Below, in pieces: positions 10,333 to 18,985 of a stretch of DNA of 64,000 nucleotides. Position numbers and translations under genes: made by a program. Numbering within the stretch: the stretch's first letter is position 1; each line of letters opens with the position of its first letter. Source of the DNA: an uncultured delta proteobacterium (lineage in GTDB: Bacteria; Desulfobacterota; Binatia; UBA9968); NCBI GenBank assembly GCA_963840855.1, contig CAWJBB010000027.1, positions 160,001 through 224,000 of the forward strand, given 5' to 3'. The notes under the pieces are model-generated. The model saw only the letters and a program-made list of their open reading frames with translations, made no database searches and had not been told where the DNA came from.

Positions 10333-10358
10333 CTTGATCACCCAATTCGCCCGGGCGA
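10333..10358 (-). pseudogene. Last codons of ABC SBP gene (ARANWVIK), 5' exon of the intron
   Basis: Removing the intron gives ...GTGATCAAG|TGA, then GCTGCGATGCCAGG and the class A site. Confidence 0.7.
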
Positions 10359-10567
10359 CTTCTGTAAAATTGCCCTCGCGCCGTAGATCCGTCTCCTGCT
10401 CCGAATTTCCTGCTCTGGAAATAGTCCCCCGGGATGGCAGGAAATTGGCTGGCGCCAATCATCATCCCGTGTCCCCACGCTGGCCGGCGCAGGTAAGGGG
10501 GCTAATGCAGTTTATGATACGCGGTTAGAATCTGGAGGCAAGACAAAATTCTTGCTTTGGTGGCGCT

Positions 10568-10987
10568 CTACTGCTGCTTTTTCGTGGCTAACGTTTTCAG
10601 TTTCGTATCCAAGGCATCTAAGACTGCCTGTTCCTTTTCATCCGCCAATTGCTCAATGGCGCGGGCATGTTCGGGCGTCTCCGCTCGTTCTCGTATCAGG
10701 TGTTCTTTACGCTCTTCGATCAGATTGAAAGCGTCGATCAACTCGCCAGCTCCATGCACCTGCTCCAGGATGCCTTCAACTAAAGCCGCAAGTTTTGCCA
10801 CGAGGGGGGCCAAAGTTTGATAGTGGTCGATATGCTGCTTCTCTTTCAAGGATGTAACGTACGTTCTAAGCTCCCCCACTGCCTCGGCTATCTCGGTAAA
10901 CGTCTCAAGGCTCAGACGGAATGAAACTTCGGATACAGACTTCGGTTCTGGATCGCTAGAGGGATTAGGGGGCTCTTCCTGTGCCAT
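10568..10987 (-). CDS. Hypothetical alpha-helical protein
   Basis: 139 aa; SD AGGAGG. Confidence 0.7.
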   Translation of the reverse strand: MAQEEPPNPSSDPEPKSVSEVSFRLSLETFTEIAEAVGELRTYVTSLKEKQHIDHYQTLAPLVAKLAALVEGILEQVHGAGELIDAFNLIEERKEHLIRERAETPEHARAIEQLADEKEQAVLDALDTKLKTLATKKQQ

Positions 10988-11064
10988 ATATTACCTCCTG
11001 AAAAACTGGTCTTTCTCAAAAATGACACTTGCCCTCGATATACACCTCTGCCGGCGGGATGGGA

Positions 11065-11398
11065 AACGGACGTGTTGTCTTTGTGGCCGCGGAGAGCATT
11101 GGCTTGATCGTATTCCAGCCGTACGCGTGTTTCCCTTCGACCATATGCACCGTGAACGCTTAGGCTTCCTTTCCAAACTTCTCCACCGGCTTTTTAGGAT
11201 GCACCGTTTCGGGCGTATCGACGCCGATCAGCCGCACTCGTTCGCCGGATTCAAGCATGATCGTATCGCCATCGATGACACGCTTGACCTGACAAACTGT
11301 TGAGTGTCGGCGAGCCCGAGCCCAGTAAAGAGCGCAACAAGAACCGCGGCGCCGAGACTCCGCACCGCTCGCCGAGTCACAGGGTTAATTGGTGCCAT
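11065..11398 (-). pseudogene. Thermonuclease (staphylococcal-nuclease-like) pseudogene
   Basis: Signal peptide, then VKRVIDGDTIMLESGERVRLIGVDTPETVHPKKPVEKFGKEA*; frameshifts and internal stop. Confidence 0.85.
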
Positions 11399-11594
11399 CA
11401 GATGACCAAAGATCATTGTTTGGACTTGGAACCGAGCCACGCCTACCCCGGATCACGGTCCAATCAAGTCGGTAGTCGCATTTGAGGCAGTGCCCGTTAA
11501 CGGCCTGGATTAGGGTGTTTCGGCCGGGCTCCCGAAGGACGATACCAAGGTAGCTGGCACAGCGGGGGCAATTGCGGAATAGGTAGCGCGTCAT
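11385..11594 (-). CDS. Small zinc-ribbon protein
   Basis: CPRC...CLKC; closely coupled to neighbours. Confidence 0.55.
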   Translation of the reverse strand: MTRYLFRNCPRCASYLGIVLREPGRNTLIQAVNGHCLKCDYRLDWTVIRGRRGSVPSPNNDLWSSDGTN

Positions 11595-11595
11595 T

Positions 11596-11835
11596 TCACT
11601 TTGGGGGCAATAAATGGTCAACGGCGATCCGGCTAATTTCCATCCCGTAAAACTCGGCCAACCCGCGCATGTCGTGGTCGAACCTGATACCAGTGTCTTG
11701 AAATCGTACGACTTCCACCACGGAGCCCAGGCGGCCGTCTTTGAGGATCTTTCCGAAGGGATGCCAATAGTGAGTATACGGCGGCCCAGGAACGGCGCTG
11801 CCGGTAATCCAATAGCCTTTGTAGCGTTCCATCAT
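11596..11835 (-). CDS. Small hypothetical protein coupled to SRAP (copy 1)
   Basis: Overlaps SRAP stop (ATGA); near-identical paralog at 17886..18122. Confidence 0.7.
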   Translation of the reverse strand: MMERYKGYWITGSAVPGPPYTHYWHPFGKILKDGRLGSVVEVVRFQDTGIRFDHDMRGLAEFYGMEISRIAVDHLLPPK

Positions 11836-12509
11836 AGCAGTTTGCCTTCAGCCGGGAGGATGCATTCCGGCAAATCGTTTCGGGGATTGTTCACGAACGG
11901 TGACACGTCGTAGCCTTCCATCTCACCGGGCGGATACGGTTTCAGCAGCGCGAGCGCGTGAGCGAGCTCGTTACCAACCGCAAGCCATTTTAGAGCGTCG
12001 TCGTTGCTCAACATGACGGGCATTCGATTGTGGATCGGGCGCAACATATCGTTGGGTGCCGTCGTGATAATCGTGTACGTGCAGAGAAGATTTCCATCCG
12101 GTTGTTTCCAGCTATCCCATAGGCCGGCGAACGTGAACGGTTCCCCGGACTTGAGTATGAAGCGCATAGGAACCTTGCCCTTTCCTTCCTTCCGCCATTC
12201 GTAAAAGCCATCGGCTAGAACGAGACAGCGGCGCGTTCCTAACAGGTTATTGAAAGCCGGTTTCTCGCCAAGCGTTTCGGCGCGGGCGTTGATCATCTTT
12301 TTACTGACGGCCGGATCTTGCGCCCATGAAGGAATCAACCCCCACCGAAAAAGTTCGATTTTTAGCTTTGCGTCTGCTTGAACGATTACTGGCGCTTCTT
12401 GACTCGGCGCGATGTTATATTGGGGCTTTAAACCGAAGATTTCCTCGACGTTCCAGGTAAGGCGAAGGTCGGAAAATTCGCCGGGCAAATAGGTATAACG
12501 ACCGCACAT
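11832..12509 (-). CDS. SOS response-associated peptidase (SRAP/YedK/HMCES family)
   Basis: MCGRY start, YNIAPSQ, RWGLIPSW, INARAET, RRCLVLADGFYEW, IHNRMPV. Confidence 0.95.
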   Translation of the reverse strand: MCGRYTYLPGEFSDLRLTWNVEEIFGLKPQYNIAPSQEAPVIVQADAKLKIELFRWGLIPSWAQDPAVSKKMINARAETLGEKPAFNNLLGTRRCLVLADGFYEWRKEGKGKVPMRFILKSGEPFTFAGLWDSWKQPDGNLLCTYTIITTAPNDMLRPIHNRMPVMLSNDDALKWLAVGNELAHALALLKPYPPGEMEGYDVSPFVNNPRNDLPECILPAEGKLL

Positions 12510-12796
12510 CGTTGGACGGACTCGTATCGCTACATGGCGGACAATTCCTAAAGCAAATCCGATTCTATTGGGGAGCAAGTTAGGACAGCAAACCCTGTGC
12601 CATTTATGCGAAAAAATGGCATTGCTTGCTTTTCATGAGGTTAGTGATGAAACATCGGGCGGGATGGCAGCTCATGTAGGGATTAGACGCCTAACACTTG
12701 GCTTTACCCTTCACTGTGGTTGGAATTTCAAGGACGTAAATCGCGTGATCGGGAGCGGTCAGAGCGCCAGACCGAAGCCCGCGGCCTGTCATTGTT

Positions 12797-13153
12797 TCAA
12801 TGAACGGTTTTCCGTTTCAGTCTCCACACCGTTTCCGCCATGGCGTGGGAGTCTTTCAGCGCGAGCGCCTCTAGGCATTGGTCACAATGCACGAAGTCTA
12901 GGGTATCCTCGTCGAGACGGAACGCCCATACAGAACGGGCATCGTCAAGCCGGTTCTGATAGTGCCACTTTTCTCTACGCGTTAGTGGTTTCTCTTCGGG
13001 GAATGGGAATCGTGAGCCAATCTCGCCATGAATTGCGATCTGCAGCAATCTGCCGGCAGCTTGAGCCCAGTCTAACTTAAGCGGCTTGATTTCGTTCTTG
13101 AAGGCTTCGCTTGATAGATAGCGCTTCAATTCTTTCTCGTCGGTTACAGGCAT
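12797..13153 (-). CDS. Hypothetical protein
   Basis: SD GAAAGGA before MPVTDEKEL; contains CxxC. Confidence 0.55.
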   Translation of the reverse strand: MPVTDEKELKRYLSSEAFKNEIKPLKLDWAQAAGRLLQIAIHGEIGSRFPFPEEKPLTRREKWHYQNRLDDARSVWAFRLDEDTLDFVHCDQCLEALALKDSHAMAETVWRLKRKTVH

Positions 13154-13390
13154 CGTTGATTTTCCTTTCTGCGCCCCGGGACCTTGCGCCTGCCAGAGCG
13201 CCGGACTTAGGGACGGTGGTGGCAGACTGAAACTATTTGGATGACTATCGACCTGTCGCACTTAGAAAGTCGAGAACGTTGCGGGCGAGTGCAACGCGCA
13301 TACTTCTTGCTCATCTGGAGGCGAAAGGAATCGTAATACCAGAACGCAACGCCAAGGGCTGGTACCCTTCGAGAATAGGCCGCCAGCGCG

Positions 13391-13672
13391 TTACTCGCTC
13401 ATAAAGGGGGCATCGGGCTTGAAAACGGCTGCATTAGAAGCCCGTGGTTCAACGCGTCTAAGAATCACACCGGTTGTTAGAATCTCATAAATACCATTTT
13501 CCTTGCAATCGACGGGCTCCCAGTCGGAGGTTAGAAAATCCTTTAATCCCGGAATTTCCGCCGTCAGTGAAGCATCATAGGAGCGAGTATCTTCAAAATA
13601 GGTGTATTCGTAGATCGTGTATATTTGGTGATCATTACCTAGCGCCGTGAAGGTTCCAGTTTGCCGTTTCAT
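13391..13672 (-). CDS. Hypothetical protein
   Basis: 93 aa; SD GGAGG; C-terminal AVFKPD motif shared with 14182-14340 and 16401-16560. Confidence 0.6.
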   Translation of the reverse strand: MKRQTGTFTALGNDHQIYTIYEYTYFEDTRSYDASLTAEIPGLKDFLTSDWEPVDCKENGIYEILTTGVILRRVEPRASNAAVFKPDAPFMSE

Positions 13673-13849
13673 TTACCCCTCCGTATCCTCGCTTTGCGAC
13701 TTACTCTACTATGATAACCGGGAGGGATTTCTGTCTAATATTGGACGAACTTCAAAAAAACTATCGCCGTGAAGGGCCGGCCCCTTTCGAGCCCGGCCCC
13801 TGCCTACGCCCGCGGGTGCGTGTTGGCGTGAACGCTGCTTGCGCGAGTC

Positions 13850-14038
13850 TCACCCATTCCAATACGTCCGCATCCAACCAATTGCCAGAATCACGGTGAT
13901 CGCCAGCGCTACCGCGACCGTGCCAAAGCCGTACGGCGCGAGGTAATGCCCTTCGAGGCAAGCCGCCACGCCCACAACTATCAGGAACAGAGAGCGCTTA
14001 AGCCAGAGCGGCATTGCATAGGTCCGCTTTGCAACCAT
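13850..14038 (-). CDS. Small two-TM membrane protein
   Basis: PLWLKRSLFLIV...LAIGWMRTYWNG; paralog at 16716-16895. Confidence 0.6.
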   Translation of the reverse strand: MVAKRTYAMPLWLKRSLFLIVVGVAACLEGHYLAPYGFGTVAVALAITVILAIGWMRTYWNG

Positions 14039-14974
14039 CAGGGCTTAATGGCGAGCATGATGCCGGCAGGTATAGTTCCGGCGAGGGGGAAGGTCAAGGC
14101 GGCCGGACCAGGGGCGGTGATTGCGAATTAGGACCGCTTCAAGAGTGCCGTTGCAACGACGGGAAACGGGCCGCCAGCGCATTATTCGCCGATGAACAGG
14201 CATTGGGCTTGAAAATGGCTTCGCAGGAAGCCCGTACGCAAACGATCTTGCTTCAAGCCTTGCTGAACCATTAACCGATTCGGGCGCTGAACCAACCGAA
14301 GCCCGACGCCGGCGAGGGCGCTGGAATTGGGCCAATGATGCGGTTGGCGGTTTGGTTGTTCATGAACGGCCAAAACGGACGACCTTCCAGATAAGCGCCA
14401 CAACGGGCAATCAAGAAGATGCTGGCTATTAGCAGCGTCAACCCGCCAAGGAACTTTAAAAAATTGTCAAATCGCCCGGGCCGGTTGTCCACTTGTCTTT
14501 CACCGCTTTCCCTTTTCATAGGCTCAACATGCGGACGCAGCCGAGCGCCGTGCAATTGTAGGTGATGCCTTTACGCGATCAATCATTTATCAATAGAGAA
14601 AGCAAGGGCGCCAGAACCGAAGCCCTACGCCCGCGGATGCGCTCGTTATCTGCTTTCTGGCGAGCGAGTGCCTCGCCGCGCAGGTGTTCACTCGATTTGA
14701 GTGCATTGACAACATGATCGAGTGTGCGCTAAAAGACGAATTCAAACCCTGATGCTCGCAATCCTCTTTTAGCCGCGGCCATCGAAGTCGGCATAGAATT
14801 TCGGTCCCGTCTATACGAAGACATGACAAGGTTTTCGGTGGGCGGGGAAAAGGACAAACCCGCGCCTCGCACTCAGGCCGGTTGCCGAAAGCGCCGGCCC
14901 TGGTGTTAACGATTGGAACGAAGCCTAGCTGTGGAACTGTTGGAACAATTGAAGCCGCGCTGAAAGCGCAGAGC

Positions 14975-15427
14975 ATGGACGTCTACGAGCAAATCCAACG
15001 CGATGAAGGCGGCAGCCGCTTAAAGCCCTATCTCGATTGCTGCGGCCGCTCTTGGAGTGAGTGCGAGTGCCCGGTCAAGGGTAAGCTTAGCATCGGCGTC
15101 GGTCGCAACCTCGATGACTGCGGCATCACTGCCACCGAGGGGCATTTACTATTCAGGCACGACGTCGCCGCGGCCAAAGCCGACGTCAACGCGCGGCTAC
15201 CATGGGCGGCTCCGGCCCTCGATGATGCCCGCTACGCCGTGCTCGTCAACATGTGCTTCAACATGGGCATAGGCAGGCTGATGAGTTTTCAGCGGATGTT
15301 TGAGGCCATGCGCAGGCAGGAGTGGCAACAAGCCGCCGACGAGCTCATGGACTCCAACTATGCACGCCAGGTCGAAGATCGCGCACGCCGGCTATCCGAA
15401 CAAATGCGAAGCGGTCGCTGGCACTGA
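14975..15427 (+). CDS. Phage-type lysozyme / endolysin (T4-like)
   Basis: IQRDEG.RLKPYLD...GKLSIGVGRNLDD...VLVNMCFNMG...AADELMDS.YARQV..RA.RL. Confidence 0.9.
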   Translation: MDVYEQIQRDEGGSRLKPYLDCCGRSWSECECPVKGKLSIGVGRNLDDCGITATEGHLLFRHDVAAAKADVNARLPWAAPALDDARYAVLVNMCFNMGIGRLMSFQRMFEAMRRQEWQQAADELMDSNYARQVEDRARRLSEQMRSGRWH

Positions 15428-15523
15428 AAAAACCCCCGCATAAATGCGTCAGCGATGCATGGACGTTGGTCTGTTGTCGCCGTGAAGGGCCGGACCCCCC
15501 TTCGAGCCCGGCGCTCTCTGGTT

Positions 15524-15748
15524 CTACAGGTACTTTTCTATCAAGTGGATTTTGCCGCGGCGCTCAAGCTCATCAATGCAAGCCTTACCTTTTCCATATA
15601 CTTCTATGAGCCGTTCAAAGGTGAGTCGTGACGGGTTGTGTTGCAGCTCATCGCCATCCTTGATTGTCTTTTTAACCAAATCAACTAATTGATCGTCCGA
15701 GAGCCTTTCCATTAGATCGTCAAGTTTCGGGAGTTTTGCGTATCTCAT
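15524..15748 (-). CDS. Hypothetical protein
   Basis: 74-aa ORF with protein-like composition. Confidence 0.5.
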   Translation of the reverse strand: MRYAKLPKLDDLMERLSDDQLVDLVKKTIKDGDELQHNPSRLTFERLIEVYGKGKACIDELERRGKIHLIEKYL

Positions 15749-15838
15749 GAAATAGCCTACTACGCCCGCCGCTGGGTTGAGCGGTGCACTACTGTTAGAG
15801 GGTCCTTATTGCCATCTAGGGCGCCGGATGCTACGGCG

Positions 15839-16099
15839 CTACTCAGGCGGTGATTTGAGGGCACCTCGGGCGGCCGTTGCCGCTTTCAAACTGGCTTCAA
15901 ACTCCCACAACCGCGCGCTTAGGTCCTCTTGGACAAGTCGAGATTCAACCGAGGTAACTGCGCCCGACGTGATGTCATGGAAAAGCGCCAATTGAGCGGC
16001 TTGGAGATCCTGCACCGTTTTTATTTCCTTCCCTTTGAACGCGAGGATTTCGGCAGTGTCTTTCATTTCCGTTCCTTTTGGTGATTCAGTTTCAGCCAT
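15839..16099 (-). CDS. Hypothetical protein (phage-like)
   Basis: EIKTVQDLQAAQLALFHDITSGAVT helical ORF. Confidence 0.5.
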   Translation of the reverse strand: MAETESPKGTEMKDTAEILAFKGKEIKTVQDLQAAQLALFHDITSGAVTSVESRLVQEDLSARLWEFEASLKAATAARGALKSPPE

Positions 16100-16715
16100 A
16101 ACCGCGCCTTCTATCGCAGCGCCAGAAAAAAGCAAGGGTTCTCGGCACTGGTAAAGTTTCAGCCATCGGATGACAAAAGTTTTTAGCTATGCCATGGTCC
16201 TGCATGGCAAAAAAGAAAGCAAAGAAAAGAACACAGCAAGGCAATCAAGTATGGTTTATAAAGAAGGACGACTTTCAGAATGCTTTAGACATTCTTGAAC
16301 TGGCTATTGGGGAACCCTTTGTACCGCCTAAAGGGACGGCCAACGATCCGCTAAAGACGACGACACACCAGCGGAGAAAAAAGCGCAAGCGGCCCTTCAA
16401 CTAATCTCGCTGAGTTTCGGATTCATTTTCATCAATAGGAACATCGGGCTTAAAAACGGCTTCGCAGGAAGCCCCAGGACGCACGATCTCGCCTTGACCC
16501 TTGCCAGACCATTGACCGATTTTGGGCACCAGACCTAAGCCCGGCGCCGGCGAGGCTTGTATTGCGATGCACGAATCTTTCACGTTAGGCAACCAGAATT
16601 GAAACAAGTTGGTTACGACTATATCCAACTCGGCCCGAGAGCTTTGTCGGAGGACCGTCGAAAGAAAAGTTGACCTTTTGAGCCGTGAACGGCCGGACCC
16701 TCGTGAGCCCAAGCC

Positions 16716-16895
16716 TTACCCGTTCCAATACGTCCGCATCCAACCGATTGCCAAGACAAAGGTTATCACCATTGGCAACACGAGCCAGTCAAAGCCCTAC
16801 GGGGAGATGTAGTATCCCGCGATCCAAGCGGCCAAGCCTGCAACGATGAGGGACAAAGAACGCTTCAGCCATAGCGGTATATTTAGGCACGGCAT
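16716..16895 (-). pseudogene. Paralog of 13850..14038 with internal stop
   Basis: PLWLKRSLSLIV...ISP*GFDW...LAIGWMRTYWNG*. Confidence 0.6.
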
Positions 16896-16917
16896 TTCAT
16901 GCATAACGACTTCCCGG

Positions 16918-16949
16918 ATTAGTTTGATGGATGGAGAATTCAATTCAAT
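16918..16949 (+). repeat. dif-like site, class A (copy A6; 4-nt GGAT duplication)
   Basis: ATTAGTTTGAT-(GGAT)-GGAGAA-TTCAATTCAAT. Confidence 0.65.
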
Positions 16950-16954
16950 GGCCG

Positions 16955-17035
16955 GGCTAACGTTCGCGGTGACCCGTGCGAGCGAGCGCGCGAAGCGGCG
17001 CTTGCCAAGCGTCGGTGTCCACCGCAGGGTTAGGC
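16955..17035 (-). other. attC site
   Basis: GGCTAAC...CGCGGTGACCCG...CGGTGTCCACCGCAG...GTTAGGC. Confidence 0.85.
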
Positions 17036-17046
17036 TCGTCGCTGGG

Positions 17047-17604
17047 CTACGAGCGAGACACCTTGCCTTGGAGCCGTTCGTTCGCCTTCTCAAAAACTCG
17101 CATGGTATCCTCCACGTCGTATGGGCGCTCTTCAAACGATTCAGGATCCCATTCGCTGCGAGCCGTGGCAAAAAAATCTCCGCCGTAAACGTGGATCGCC
17201 GCGGTAATCTGATCCAGTGGGTTCGTAACAGCGTGAATAATCGCTGCGCCCAGCGGGGTCGTGTCTCTCGCGTGCAGCTCCTTACTCCCGTGTTGCTCCA
17301 AGCCGTGTTCGGCACGGCGGTAGAAGGTATTCTGCTCGCGACCTCCATAGATTCCGATGACGGCCCACATGCGATGATCGTGGGGTTTGAACTTCATCCA
17401 GGGTCCCCAGCACAAGTTTAGGATAGTCAAATCGTCTGCCCTGTAAATCGTTTCGACGCCGGCTCGCTGCGGCTCTCCAAGGACCCGCACTACGTGCGCG
17501 GGTTCGCTTACAGCTGTGGCTACCAGCTCCCGGATTGCAGCATGCGTTTCGCCTTCCTTGAGCGCAGCGCGGCAATCTTCAATGAAACGTTCTCGCTCAA
17601 ACAT
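17047..17604 (-). CDS. Cupin / cysteine-dioxygenase-like protein in gene cassette
   Basis: PHDHRMWAVIGIYGGREQN...IHAVTNP...AIHVYGGDFF; cassette core GTTAGGC (17628-17634) and inverse core GCCTAAC (17029-17035). Confidence 0.85.
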   Translation of the reverse strand: MFERERFIEDCRAALKEGETHAAIRELVATAVSEPAHVVRVLGEPQRAGVETIYRADDLTILNLCWGPWMKFKPHDHRMWAVIGIYGGREQNTFYRRAEHGLEQHGSKELHARDTTPLGAAIIHAVTNPLDQITAAIHVYGGDFFATARSEWDPESFEERPYDVEDTMRVFEKANERLQGKVSRS

Positions 17605-17810
17605 CTCTGTTCCTCCTTTGCTCAAGAGCCTAACTTTGAAGTGAGTCGGTCAATCTATCCCGCCAACTGTTTCATGATAATGGATGAGACTATAATCTTT
17701 TCCACTGCTTAATAATGAAAACTCTGACCCGACAAATACTGCACGATTGTTCAGCCTTTGCCAACTACAAGCGTCGGCGAAAAGGAGGAGGAGTCCAAAA
17801 TCCTGGCAGG

Positions 17811-17838
17811 ATTGAACCGTTCGACGCTTCTGGCAAAT
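17811..17838 (-). repeat. 28-bp dif-like site, class B (copy B3)
   Basis: + strand ATTGAACCGTT-CGACGC-TTCTGGCAAAT. Confidence 0.65.
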
Positions 17839-17885
17839 CGCGGCGTGCATAGGCTAGGAATTCAACCGACCCAACAAAAGGCAAC

Positions 17886-18122
17886 CTAACGAGGCGCTGG
17901 CAAGCAATGGTCAACGAACATCCGGCTAATTTCCATCCCATACCACTCGGCTAGTCCGGCCAGATCGAACCTGATACCAGTGTCTTGAAATCGTACGACT
18001 TCCACCACGGAGCCCAGGCGGCCGTCTTTGAGGATCTTTCCGAAGGGGTGCCAATAATGGGTATAAGGCGGCCCAGGAACGGCGCTGCCGGTAATACAAT
18101 AGCCTTTGTAGCGTTCCATCAT
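17886..18122 (-). CDS. Small hypothetical protein coupled to SRAP (copy 2)
   Basis: MMERYKGYCITGSAVPGPPYTHYWHPFGKILKDG, paralog of 11596..11835. Confidence 0.7.
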   Translation of the reverse strand: MMERYKGYCITGSAVPGPPYTHYWHPFGKILKDGRLGSVVEVVRFQDTGIRFDLAGLAEWYGMEISRMFVDHCLPAPR

Positions 18123-18128
18123 GGCGGT

Positions 18129-18445
18129 TTAACCTTCAATCGGCTTAATGCACTCTGGCGAATCGCTACGGGGATTATTGGCGAGCGGTGACACGTCGTA
18201 GCCTTCCATCTTTTCGGGCGGATACGGTTTCAATAACGTGAGAGCATGGGCGATTTCGTAGTCGAGGGCAAGCCATTTTAACGCGTCGTCGTTACTGAGC
18301 ATGACGGGCATACGATTGTGGATCGGGCGTAACACGTCGTTGGGTTCCGTCGTGACTATCGTATAGCTGCGCAATAGATTGCCATCCGGTTGCTTCCAGC
18401 TATCCCACAAACCGGCGAACGCGAACAGCTCCCCGGACTTGAGCT
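18129..18445 (-). pseudogene. SRAP 3' half (copy 2)
   Basis: LKSGELFAFAGLWDSW...IHNRMPV; N-terminal half missing. Confidence 0.9.
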
Positions 18446-18985
18446 TGAAACTAGGGCGATGATGCACCTTCAGCCAAAATGAGCATCTTCGCAACACGGA
18501 AGACGGCTGGGAGGACCTGCCATGAACGCTGCGCTGGAAATCCGAAAGACCCGGACGGTCGGATTCAAGCCCGCCGGATAGACGGCAGACCACTTACCGC
18601 TGAAGAGCGGGAGCAAGCCCGCCGAATGGCCGCCACCAGACCGGCACACCTAACCGCCCAGGAGATCATCGACATCGACGCCGGCAAGATCGTTGCTGTC
18701 TTGATCGACTCCGACCACTCCAGGCTGAATAGTTCGCCGATTCCTCGGCGGCGGTTCTTCGATCGGTGGTTCCTCGGTCGGTGGCTCCTTAACCGGAGGC
18801 TCCGGCTGGTCTTCGTCTGGTGATGGTTCGGGAGGTTTCTCCTCTGTCATATTCGTGAATCTATTCCTTCAACGTGCTCCTGCGCCTTCTTGAGGTAAAC
18901 TTCCGCCAGGATGGGATGCAGATCAAAGCCCGCGCCGAGAAGGCTGTTAAGTAGCGACTTCTCCTGCGGGAGGTAGATGCTGGTT

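Noticed and set aside
9710-10458. ORFs 9710..10066, 9721..10128 and 10144..10458 as proteins
   Set aside because: They overlap intron RNA domains and contain no RT motifs.
657-17838. CRISPR array interpretation of the GGAGAAATCAGTTCAAT repeats
   Set aside because: Copies are kilobases apart, irregularly spaced and enclose genes; no cas genes in the window.
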